Assembly: GCA_963752285.1 (NCBI GenBank) | Contig: CAVVXN010000002.1 | Location: 160,001-224,000, forward strand | Source: an uncultured Planctomycetota bacterium | GTDB taxonomy: Bacteria > Planctomycetota > PLA2 > JAEUHO01 | Direction: 5' to 3' | Length of the DNA: 64,000 nucleotides | Shown: positions 19,736 through 28,375 of the stretch, piece after piece | Numbering within the stretch: position 1 is the stretch's first letter | How the letters are laid out: the number at the start of each line of letters is the position of its first letter | Notes under the pieces: generated by a model | What the model saw: the letters and a program-made list of their open reading frames with translations, nothing else | Told to the model about the DNA's origin: nothing | The model's database searches: none | Made by a program: the position numbers and the translations under genes

Positions 19736-21718
19736 ATGCGGCGTCTCGCGATCGTTCTCTCGGCGGCGGCGTTGCTGTCGTGCGGCGGAGGGAGCCACGC
19801 GACCACGGTCACGCCCCCCGGCCTCGCGCCCCTCCTCGCGGCCGGCCCCGTCCGCCTCGACCCCTCGGCGTCCGTGGCGAGCGTGAAGCCCGACGTGGAC
19901 CTCGGCGCCCTCGGCATCACCACGGTCGCGGCCGCGTACGACCTGACGACGCCGGCCGGCGAGCCCTTCGCGCTCGACGTGATCTGTCGCAGCCCGGGCA
20001 ACGCGGGCTACGCGCGCGTCTCGTGGGTCCACGCCGCGTCCGGGGGCGCCTCGCCCGAGTCGGAGTCCGACCCGCGCGAGCGCGCGCCCGTCACGATCGA
20101 GGCCCGCGGCCGCACCACGCGCGGTCCCTGGACCGACGCGGTGGGGGACGGTTTCGCGCGTCTCAGCGTGCGGGGCCAGGTGAACGTCGATCACGTCTTC
20201 GCCGCGCAGGCGGACGTCGGGAACGGGCCCGCGACGGTCCTGATCCGCGTGCGCATCGGACCGCCTTCGCCCATCAACGCCGCCGCCGCCCCGGGCACCG
20301 ACCACCCCGGCGTGCTCGAGGAGGCGACGCTCTACTCGAGCGACTCGTGGGGCTTCGGGCTCCCGGCCATCGCGACGTCGGGCGACAAGACGAGCGTCGT
20401 CTGCTACGAGGGCGACCGCACGGACCCCGCGATCTGGACCCGCTACGAGATGCGTCTCCAGTACGACCGGGTGTCGGGCGAGGTCACGGGCGGGGGGAGC
20501 GACGAGACCAGTCCCGACTCGGGGAACTGGCGCGACCACGAGGTGGCGGCCCTCTACAACGTGCTCGCGCGCGCGCACGGAGGCTCCGACGCGGTCGCCC
20601 TCGCGATCTCGTACGACCGCGGCGCGACGTTCGCGCAGACGGAGACCTTCCCGAGCCCCGGGACCGCCTGGCGGCCCCGGCTCGTGCAGGTCGCGATCGC
20701 GCTCGACTACTCGCTCGCCCTCCTCTACTGGCGGTCCAACGTGGACGGCACGACCGACCTCGTCCTGGTCGAGGGCGCGCCGTCGGCCTACGACCCGCAG
20801 AACCCCGGTTCGCCCAGCGCGTACCGCTTCGACCCCGCGGTGGTGCTGCATCACGTGGGCGGCGACGTGACGCCCGCGCTCATGGGCGCGACGTGGTCCG
20901 TGGGCGGCGACCTCGTGATCGGGTTCGCGTACACGTCGTTCACGAGCCGGCCCGACTTCACCTGGCAGAACCGGACCGACACGCACGTGCTCGTGCGGCC
21001 GTGGGGCGGCGCCGTGCGCGACACCCTGGTCGAGGAGGACGTGGTGGTCGGGAAGGACCCGAGCGTCGCGGTGGTCGGAGAGGGCGACACCCTCCGGGTG
21101 TTCCTCGCGTACGAGGCGCGGGACGGCGTTCGCGTCGCCGTGAGCGACGACGCCGGCCGCACGTTCTCCACGCCGGTGTCGCTCGGCGACCCCTCGGCGA
21201 ACGCGCCGACGATCTTCGCCCGCGAGAAGGACGCCGCGACCGTCGTGGACGTGCTGTATCTGGCGCAGGCGCCCGAAGGCCTGGAGCTCCACGTGGCGCA
21301 CTGGGACGACGGGGTCACGGGCGCGATCGAGACCTGGCGGCTGACGCGCGCGAAGAGGGACGACGCGGGCCTGCTCCCGCCCGACCGTCCGCTCCCCGGC
21401 GCGCCAACCGGCGCGCTGCCTCCGGCGTACGGCTACCGACAGACCCAGATCGCGTGGCTCGGCTACGACGCGACCGAGGACGACGACGGCCACCTGGTCG
21501 TGGTCTACGACGAGGAGACCTGGGAGGACCTGGTGATGGTCTACGACGTCGGCATGCCCCCGATGCCGCCCATGATGGGGGCGGGGGGGATGCCGAGCGC
21601 CGCGGACCCCCGCTTCGTCCCCGTGGACCCGCCGCCGCTCGCGCCGGGCATGACCATGCAAATGCCCCCGCCCGACGGCGCCCAGATGCACCAGCTTCGC
21701 TGGATCCGGCTGGAGTGA
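19736..21718 (+). CDS. Lipoprotein with BNR/Asp-box repeats (sialidase-like propeller)
   Basis: GGAGG RBS; lipobox LLSC; Asp-boxes SYDRGATF and SDDAGRTF; Met/Pro-rich C-terminus. Confidence 0.72.
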   Translation: MRRLAIVLSAAALLSCGGGSHATTVTPPGLAPLLAAGPVRLDPSASVASVKPDVDLGALGITTVAAAYDLTTPAGEPFALDVICRSPGNAGYARVSWVHAASGGASPESESDPRERAPVTIEARGRTTRGPWTDAVGDGFARLSVRGQVNVDHVFAAQADVGNGPATVLIRVRIGPPSPINAAAAPGTDHPGVLEEATLYSSDSWGFGLPAIATSGDKTSVVCYEGDRTDPAIWTRYEMRLQYDRVSGEVTGGGSDETSPDSGNWRDHEVAALYNVLARAHGGSDAVALAISYDRGATFAQTETFPSPGTAWRPRLVQVAIALDYSLALLYWRSNVDGTTDLVLVEGAPSAYDPQNPGSPSAYRFDPAVVLHHVGGDVTPALMGATWSVGGDLVIGFAYTSFTSRPDFTWQNRTDTHVLVRPWGGAVRDTLVEEDVVVGKDPSVAVVGEGDTLRVFLAYEARDGVRVAVSDDAGRTFSTPVSLGDPSANAPTIFAREKDAATVVDVLYLAQAPEGLELHVAHWDDGVTGAIETWRLTRAKRDDAGLLPPDRPLPGAPTGALPPAYGYRQTQIAWLGYDATEDDDGHLVVVYDEETWEDLVMVYDVGMPPMPPMMGAGGMPSAADPRFVPVDPPPLAPGMTMQMPPPDGAQMHQLRWIRLE

Positions 21719-21742
21719 GGGGCGTGGCCTCGGAGCGGGCCC

Positions 21743-22639
21743 CTACGGGATCAGGTAGCTCGTCACCACCAGCGCGGCGAAGGCCGTCGTGACCGCGAGC
21801 TGGTGGACTCCGATCCGGCGGGGCATCGCCGGCGGGGTCGGGTGGCGCGCCACGAGCGTGGCGTCGGCCAGCGGGAGAAGTGTCGCCCACGCCGCGCCCC
21901 ACGGCACCAGGTCGAGGGCGGCGAGCGCGGCGGTGCCGAAGAGCGCCGCGGCGTCCACGAGGAGGGCCGGCCGGGCGAGCGCGAGGGCGCCGGGCGGGGC
22001 CCTCTCCCCGCGTGCGCGGCGCGGGTCGAGACGCCGCTGCGCGAGGCGCAGGTACACCGTCTGGATCGCCCCCGCCGAGTGGCTCGCGCCGATCCACCAG
22101 AGCGCCCAGGGCTCGGGATACCGGGTCCCGCCGGCGACCCAGTACGCCGCCGGCGCCCAGAGCGCGAGCACGGCGGCGCCGAGCATCTCGACGAGACGCT
22201 GTCGCCGCTCGCCCGCGCGGGCCACGAGCGCCAGGTGCCAGGCGAACACCAAGCCGCCCGGGAGGGCGAGCCCGAGGAACCGCCGGTGCCCCTCGAGGAC
22301 CAGCGCGACCACGGCCACGAGCGCGAGGACCCCGTACGTCGAGGCCGCGACGAGGGCGGGACCGAGCTCGGCGCGCGCGCGGCGGCCCGCGAGGACCCGG
22401 ACCAGGGTGGTCGCGGGCTGGTGGAGGAGGAAGGTCGCGAGCGCCGCCCCGACGAGGAACGCGACGTCCGGAGGTGCGCGCCCCGCCGCGGCGAGCCCGA
22501 CGGCGACCGGGAGGATCCACCAGGCCCAGGCGCCGTGCGCCTGCGGCACCCACACGTGACGGCGCGCCCAGCGGCGGGGTCGCGGCGGCGTGCGCGCGCC
22601 CAGACGCGGCACGCGGGGTTCGTCGGCCCGCGCCGTCAC
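21743..22639 (-). CDS. YwiC-like membrane protein
   Basis: PQAHGAWAW motif typical of YwiC, multiple TM helices, IGVHQL near the C-terminus; start codon uncertain. Confidence 0.75.
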   Translation of the reverse strand: MTARADEPRVPRLGARTPPRPRRWARRHVWVPQAHGAWAWWILPVAVGLAAAGRAPPDVAFLVGAALATFLLHQPATTLVRVLAGRRARAELGPALVAASTYGVLALVAVVALVLEGHRRFLGLALPGGLVFAWHLALVARAGERRQRLVEMLGAAVLALWAPAAYWVAGGTRYPEPWALWWIGASHSAGAIQTVYLRLAQRRLDPRRARGERAPPGALALARPALLVDAAALFGTAALAALDLVPWGAAWATLLPLADATLVARHPTPPAMPRRIGVHQLAVTTAFAALVVTSYLIP

Positions 22640-22641
22640 CT

Positions 22642-23675
22642 TCAGGGCGTCGCGGGAACCGGGTTGTAGCGCTGGATGTAGGTCTCGACGTCGCGCACGT
22701 TCTCGACCGAGCCCGCGAAGAAGGGAACGCGCTGGTGGAGGTCGGTCGGGACGAGGTCCAGGATGTCGCCGCGCCCCGTGCTCGCTGCGCCGCCCGCCTG
22801 CTCCATCACGTACGCGATCGGCGCGCACTCGTAGATCAGGCGCAGCTTCCCGCGTGGCTTCTGCGGGTCCTTGCGGTCCTTCGGGTACATGAAGATGCCG
22901 CCGTAGAGGAGCGTGCGGTGGACGTCGGCGACCATCGACCCCACGTACCGCGCGGAGTACGGACGGTCGGTCGCCGGGTCCTTCTCCTTGATGTGGTTCA
23001 CGTACCGGCGGATGCCCTCGGACCAGTACGGGTAGTTGCCCTCGTTGACCGAGTAGATGCGCCCGCGGGGGGGATCTTGATGTCGGGATGCGAGAGCAGG
23101 AACTCGCCGACCGACGGGTCGAGCGTGAAGCCGCTGACCCCCTTGCCCGTGCTCATCACGAGCATCGTCGCGCTGCCGTAGAGCACGTAGCCCGCGGCGA
23201 CGATGCGGCGTCCCGGCTGGAGCAGGTCCTCGATGGCGCCCACCTGGCCGGGGCTGATCTTTCGGTGGACCGCGAAGATCGTCCCGATGCTGACGTTCGC
23301 GTCGATGTTCGACGATCCGTCGAGCGGGTCGAACGCGACCGCGTAGGGCCCGTGGCCGTACGGCTCGGGGATGGGCACGACGTCCTCGATCTCCTCGGAC
23401 GCCATGAGGCAGAAGTGCCCGGAGTGGCGAAACGTGTGCACGAACACGTCGTTCGCGTACTCGTCGAGCTTCTTGACCTTCTCGCCCTGGACGTTCGTCT
23501 CGCCCGTGAAGCCGAGCAGCTCGACGAGCCCCGCCTTCGAGACCTCGCGCGAGACGATCTTCGCCGCGAACGCGATGTCGCGGAGGATGCCCGAGAGCTC
23601 GCCGCGCGCTTCCGGGTGCTCGCGTTCCTGCTCGAAGATGTGGCGCGTGAGGGTCACGCCGTACCGGGCGTCCAT
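22642..23675 (-). CDS. fbp: Class I fructose-1,6-bisphosphatase, frameshifted at the G7 run 23067-23073
   Basis: NVQGEKVKKLD, SEE, FDPLDGSSNID in one frame; YSVNEGN, RYVGSMVADVHRTL, GKLRLIYEC in the other. Adding one C to the run restores IPPRGRIYSVNEG. Confidence 0.92.
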
Positions 23676-23766
23676 GACGATCTCCCGTCCTGGAGGAGGG
23701 GGCGAACCCGTCTCCCGGCCAGAGCCGGGAGTATAGCCGTCAGCGGTCGTGAGGGACGCGGCCACC

Positions 23767-24849
23767 CTAGAGCAGCGCTCGCAGGCGGTCCGCCACTTCG
23801 TCCGGCGAGGGCACGATCCCTCCGGCCGTGCCGTGGAACACGATCTCGCGCCGGCCCTCCGCGGCGAGACGGACGTCTTCCAGCATCTGTCCCATGTTCA
23901 TCTCGACGCAGAGAACCTTCGCCTTCTCGGGAAGGGCGTCGATCGCGCTTCGGAGCGCGGCGTACGGATACGGGTTCACGGTGATCGGACGGAACAACGC
24001 GACGCGTCCGCCGTCCGCGCGGATCTCGTCGATCGCCGTCTTCGCGATGCGCGCCATCGTCCCGAACGCGACGACGAGCGCGTCGTAGCCGTCCTCGGCT
24101 CCGTACAGCTCGTGACGGACCTCGTTTCGCGCGACCTCGTCGTACTTCGCCTTGAGCCGGTGGTTGTGTCGGTTCAGCTCCTCCGGGTCGAGGAAGAGCG
24201 ACGTCACGATGCGCCGCGGGCGCCCCTCGGCGCCCGTGAGGGCCCACCCGTCGTCCTTCATGGCCGGACCGCGTCCCTCGACCGGGAACGTGACGGGCTC
24301 CATCATCTGCCCGATCATTCCGTCCGCGACGATCATCACGGGGTTCCGGTAGCGCTCGGCGAGCTCGAACGCGAGGAACATGAGGTCCACCGCCTCCTGG
24401 ACCGACGACGGCGCCAGCACGATCAGGCGGTAGTCCCCGTGCCCGTGGCCCTTCGTCGCCTGCCAGTAGTCGCCCTGCGCCGGCAGGATCCCGCCGAGTC
24501 CGGGGCCTGCGCGCATGATGTTGATGAGTACGCACGGCAGCTCGCACGCCGCGATGTACGAGAGCCCCTCGGCCATGAGCGCGATGCCGGGCGAAGAGGA
24601 CGAGGTCATGCACTTCACGCCCGTCCCCGCGGCGCCGTAGATCATGTTGATCGCCGCGATCTCGCTCTCGGCCTGCACGAAGGTGCCGCCCACCTCGGGC
24701 AGGCGCTTCACGAGGTACTCGGGCACCTCGGTCTGCGGCGTGATCGGATAGCCGAAGAAGTGCACGCATCCCGCGCGGATCGCCGCCTCGCCGAGCGCCT
24801 CGTTGCCCTTCATCAGCACCGGCGCGGCCACCTCGGTCACGGTCGTCAT
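23767..24849 (-). CDS. vorB: 2-oxoacid:ferredoxin oxidoreductase alpha subunit (VorB-like)
   Basis: MKGNEA, FGYPITPQTE, QAESEIAA, TSSSSPG, RAGPGLG. Confidence 0.88.
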   Translation of the reverse strand: MTTVTEVAAPVLMKGNEALGEAAIRAGCVHFFGYPITPQTEVPEYLVKRLPEVGGTFVQAESEIAAINMIYGAAGTGVKCMTSSSSPGIALMAEGLSYIAACELPCVLINIMRAGPGLGGILPAQGDYWQATKGHGHGDYRLIVLAPSSVQEAVDLMFLAFELAERYRNPVMIVADGMIGQMMEPVTFPVEGRGPAMKDDGWALTGAEGRPRRIVTSLFLDPEELNRHNHRLKAKYDEVARNEVRHELYGAEDGYDALVVAFGTMARIAKTAIDEIRADGGRVALFRPITVNPYPYAALRSAIDALPEKAKVLCVEMNMGQMLEDVRLAAEGRREIVFHGTAGGIVPSPDEVADRLRALL

Positions 24850-25433
24850 CTCGAGTCTCCGCGGGACGCGCCCTCGGGCGTCTCCCGTACCTTCTCGCGA
24901 CCCGCCTCGAGGCCCTTGCGGAAGGCCTCCACGTTGGCGGGCACGAACTTCTCCTTGCCGCCCTCGAACTCCTCGGCGATGGATCGCTCGATCGCCTCGG
25001 GCGGGACCACCTCGGTGGCGCCGACGTACGCCCCGAGCATCACGAAGTTCGCGGCCCGGTCGGTCCCGGCGTCGGCCGCGAGGCGGCGCGCGTCGATGCC
25101 GATCACCACGCAGTCGGGGCGCTCGGCGTCCTTCCCGACGAGAGACGTGTTCACGACGATCACGCCGCCCGGCTTGACCTTCGGCGCGAACTTCTCGAGC
25201 GACGGCAGGTTCATCACGAGCAGGGCGTGCGGGTTCGTGACCAGGGGGCTGCCGATCGGCTTGTCCGAGAGGCAGACCGTCACGTTCGCGGTGCCGCCGC
25301 GCATCTCGGGGCCGTACGAGGGCAGCCACGACACGTACAGGTCCGCGGCCATCGCCGCGTGGGCGAGAACCTTGCCGGCGAGCAGCATGCCCTGCCCGCC
25401 GAACCCGGCCATCAGGACGTCGGTACCCATCAT
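24846..25433 (-). CDS. 2-oxoacid:acceptor oxidoreductase gamma subunit
   Basis: AGFGGQG, PSYGPEMRGGTAN, NFVMLGA. Confidence 0.92.
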   Translation of the reverse strand: MMGTDVLMAGFGGQGMLLAGKVLAHAAMAADLYVSWLPSYGPEMRGGTANVTVCLSDKPIGSPLVTNPHALLVMNLPSLEKFAPKVKPGGVIVVNTSLVGKDAERPDCVVIGIDARRLAADAGTDRAANFVMLGAYVGATEVVPPEAIERSIAEEFEGGKEKFVPANVEAFRKGLEAGREKVRETPEGASRGDSR

Positions 25434-25449
25434 CGTCCCCTCCTCGGCG

Positions 25450-26424
25450 CTACGCGGTCACCGCCTCGGGCTTCGCCGTCGCCGGCTCCTTCACGACCCC
25501 CAGGGGGTAGTACGGGATCATCGCGTCCTGGAGCCACGTGACGCTCTCGGCCGGCGAGAGTCCCCAGTTCGTGGGGCAGACCGAGAGCACCTCGACGAAC
25601 GAGAAGCACACGCCGTCGCGCTGGGCCTCGAACGCCTTCTGGATGTAGCGCTTCGTCTTGATCGTGTTCTTCGCGTCGTGGACCGAGCCCCGCGCGATGA
25701 AGGCGGGCGTCTCGAGGTTCGAGAGGAGCTCCGCGACGCGGAGGGGATACCCGGAGTCCTCGACGTCGCGGCCGAAGGGGGAGGTCGTCGTCTTCTGCCC
25801 GGGGAGCGTGGTCGGGGCCATCTGGCCGCCCGTCATGCCGTAGATGGCGTTGTTGATGAAGATGACCGTGAACTTCTCGCCCCGGTTCGCGGCGTGGAGG
25901 ATCTCGTTCCCGCCGATCGAGGCGAGGTCGCCGTCGCCCTGGTACGTGAAGACGATCCGGTCGGGGCGCGCGCGCTTGGCGCCCGTCGCGACGGCGGGCG
26001 CGCGGCCGTGCGCGGCCTCGAACATGTCGAACGAGAAGTAGTCGTACGCGAGCACGGAACAGCCTACGGGCGCGATCCCGATCGTGCGCCCGTGGAGCCC
26101 CAGCTCCTCGACGACCTCCGCCACGAGGCGGTGCACCACCCCGTGGGTGCAGCCCGGGCAGTAGTGCGACATCTTCTCGGTCAGCCCGGCGGTGTTCGTG
26201 AAGGTCTGCTTGCCCTTGTGGTTCCAGGCCTCGATGCCCTGGTCGGGGCACGAGATCGCGCAGAGCGAGCACCCGGTGCAGTCCTCCTCGCTTCCCGTGA
26301 AGACGACGTAGCGGTAGCCCCGCTCGTTCAGGTCGTCGGACATCTCGATGAGGCCCTTCGGACAGGCCACGATGCAGCGACCGCAGCCCTTGCAGCGTCC
26401 GCGCTCGATCTTGATCTCACCCAT
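25450..26424 (-). CDS. Fused 2[4Fe-4S] ferredoxin (delta) + TPP-binding beta subunit of 2-oxoacid oxidoreductase
   Basis: CKGCGRCIVACP and CTGCSLCAISCP, followed in frame by HYCPGCTHG, VGCS, HGRAP, QGDGD, NNAIYGMTGGQ, CPTNW. Confidence 0.9.
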   Translation of the reverse strand: MGEIKIERGRCKGCGRCIVACPKGLIEMSDDLNERGYRYVVFTGSEEDCTGCSLCAISCPDQGIEAWNHKGKQTFTNTAGLTEKMSHYCPGCTHGVVHRLVAEVVEELGLHGRTIGIAPVGCSVLAYDYFSFDMFEAAHGRAPAVATGAKRARPDRIVFTYQGDGDLASIGGNEILHAANRGEKFTVIFINNAIYGMTGGQMAPTTLPGQKTTTSPFGRDVEDSGYPLRVAELLSNLETPAFIARGSVHDAKNTIKTKRYIQKAFEAQRDGVCFSFVEVLSVCPTNWGLSPAESVTWLQDAMIPYYPLGVVKEPATAKPEAVTA

Positions 26425-27271
26425 GAGCCTCTCCATCGGGGGCCGGGGAACCGGGTTCGCGCCGGGGCGTCTTCCGCCCGACCGTCACGCGGCCGGGCAC
26501 GCCGAGGGGCACCGGGCGGGCCGCCGGCAGAGGCCCCTCGGCGCCGTCGTCGGCGGCGCGGCGTACGAGCCACGGCGGGAGCATGTGGCGCCGCATGACG
26601 AGCCGCGGCACGCCGCAGGCGACGAGGCGCGGGTCGTCGGCGAGGTGCTCCATGACCGCGACCGCGCGCACGGGCGCCCCGGTCTTCTCGGCGACGGCGC
26701 ACGCGAGACCGATCCCGTGGAGGACGGTCTCGACGGTCGTGTCGGTCACGAGGTGCGCGTTCGCGACGTACCCCGTGACGGCGAGCCGGGAGGACGCCTC
26801 GATCGCCCGTTGCACGCCGAGGCAGCCCTCGACGTCCCGCGTGAAGGGCCGCATGGCGTTCACGACCTGCCACAGCTGGTACGGCGCGTCGCCGATCGCC
26901 GTGCGAAACGACGCGAGCGCGCGCGCCCCGACGTCGTCGCCCCCGACGTCGAAGACCGTCGTGGTCCCCGGCCCCGGACGAAGCATCCCGGCGATCTCGG
27001 GCAGCACGATCGGCAGGTCGGCGAACGCTTGCGCGCCCGGCGGAACCACGACGCGGATCCCGTGGTCCCGGAGGAGCGCGGCCGCCTCGCGCGAACGGAA
27101 GTAGGGGTTCACGAGGTCGAGGTCGGCGATCTGGACGCCGCGCCCCGAGTCGGCGAGCGCCAGGGCCAGGTTCACGGCGACCTCGGTCTTTCCCGAGCCG
27201 TAGTTCCCGACGACCATCACGAGCCGCTCGCTGGGCTCCAGGACGTGAGAAACCGGCGTCGGGGCGGCCAT
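26417..27271 (-). CDS. P-loop NTPase (MinD/CobQ-like) associated with the oxidoreductase operon
   Basis: GNYGSGKTE Walker A, DLDLVNPYFRSRE, DVGGDD.GA. Confidence 0.82.
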   Translation of the reverse strand: MAAPTPVSHVLEPSERLVMVVGNYGSGKTEVAVNLALALADSGRGVQIADLDLVNPYFRSREAAALLRDHGIRVVVPPGAQAFADLPIVLPEIAGMLRPGPGTTTVFDVGGDDVGARALASFRTAIGDAPYQLWQVVNAMRPFTRDVEGCLGVQRAIEASSRLAVTGYVANAHLVTDTTVETVLHGIGLACAVAEKTGAPVRAVAVMEHLADDPRLVACGVPRLVMRRHMLPPWLVRRAADDGAEGPLPAARPVPLGVPGRVTVGRKTPRREPGSPAPDGEAHG

Positions 27272-27325
27272 TGCCCGAATTGTAGCCCTGACGTCCCTTC
27301 GCGACCCGATCTGCGCGGTCCGTCC

Positions 27326-28375
27326 TCAGGTGGTCGCCGGGCGGTCCGTGAAGAAGAGACGAAGCATCCACGCGATCAGGCCGAGCGCGAGGAGGAAGCA
27401 GACGAGGAAGATCGCGAAGACGCCCCACTGGGGCCGGACGGGGATCGTCGCGGGGTCGTACGCGCCCTCGAGCACCACGAGCCGGAGCACGTGTCGCGCG
27501 ACGACCATGCCGAGCACGGCGACCAGGTTCAGCACGCCCGCGAGCACGAAACGCCGCTGGAAGAAGAGCGCGAGCGCGCCGAGGCCTGCGAGCAGCCCCG
27601 CCATCACGCCCCAGATCCCGGCGGACCGCATGAACGCGGGCAGGACGTCGCCCAGCGTCGCGAGGTAGGCCACGCCCACGATGGCGGCGCCGACGAACCC
27701 GTGGAGGTAGATCTTCTTCGCGCCCGCGAACGCCGCCTCGTCGTTCCTCGCGAGCCAGCCGAAGAAGAACGCGCCGACGGCCAGCGCGCCCGTGATCATG
27801 TGCAGCCACCTGACGATCCACGATCCCACGTCCGGGTTCAGGACCAGTCCGCTCTGCGACGACGCGTAGAGCTCCTTCTGGAACGCGGGATGCTCGGCCA
27901 GCGAGAACACCGAGGAGTAGACGACCGAGACGTACAGGAGGCCGAGGACCGCGACCCAGAGCCATACCTTGACCTTCGGGCTCCCCTCGCGCGCCAGGGC
28001 GGCGCCGTAGAGGAAGTAGTACGCGACGATCACGACGATCGGGATCAGGACCCAGAACCAGCCGCTCACGATGGCCGCGCTGTAGAGCGGCTCCGGGAAG
28101 ACGAGCTGGGCGAAGAGGAGGGGGGCCACGCCGAGCGTCACCGTGGCGGCCATCGCGATCGGGAAGAGCCGGAGGTAGAGCCGGACCGTCGGGTTCCGCC
28201 AGCGGTCGGGGATCCGGGCCACGAGGGTGGTCAGGAGCCCCCCGAGGAGGAAGTTCATCGCGAGGAAGTGGAGCGCGAGCGTGAGGAGGTGGAGGGCCGT
28301 CACGAGCCAGAGCGGCGCGGGGAGGGCGTCCACCGTCGGCGGCGGCGTGGACGAGGCGGCGGCGAGGAAGATCAC
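27326..28375 (-). CDS. Polytopic membrane protein, CydA-like partner subunit
   Basis: GTG overlaps the upstream stop; many TM helices; LHFLAMN, TLGVAPLLF.Q, RWLHM, GMVVARH motifs. Confidence 0.72.
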   Translation of the reverse strand: MIFLAAASSTPPPTVDALPAPLWLVTALHLLTLALHFLAMNFLLGGLLTTLVARIPDRWRNPTVRLYLRLFPIAMAATVTLGVAPLLFAQLVFPEPLYSAAIVSGWFWVLIPIVVIVAYYFLYGAALAREGSPKVKVWLWVAVLGLLYVSVVYSSVFSLAEHPAFQKELYASSQSGLVLNPDVGSWIVRWLHMITGALAVGAFFFGWLARNDEAAFAGAKKIYLHGFVGAAIVGVAYLATLGDVLPAFMRSAGIWGVMAGLLAGLGALALFFQRRFVLAGVLNLVAVLGMVVARHVLRLVVLEGAYDPATIPVRPQWGVFAIFLVCFLLALGLIAWMLRLFFTDRPATT

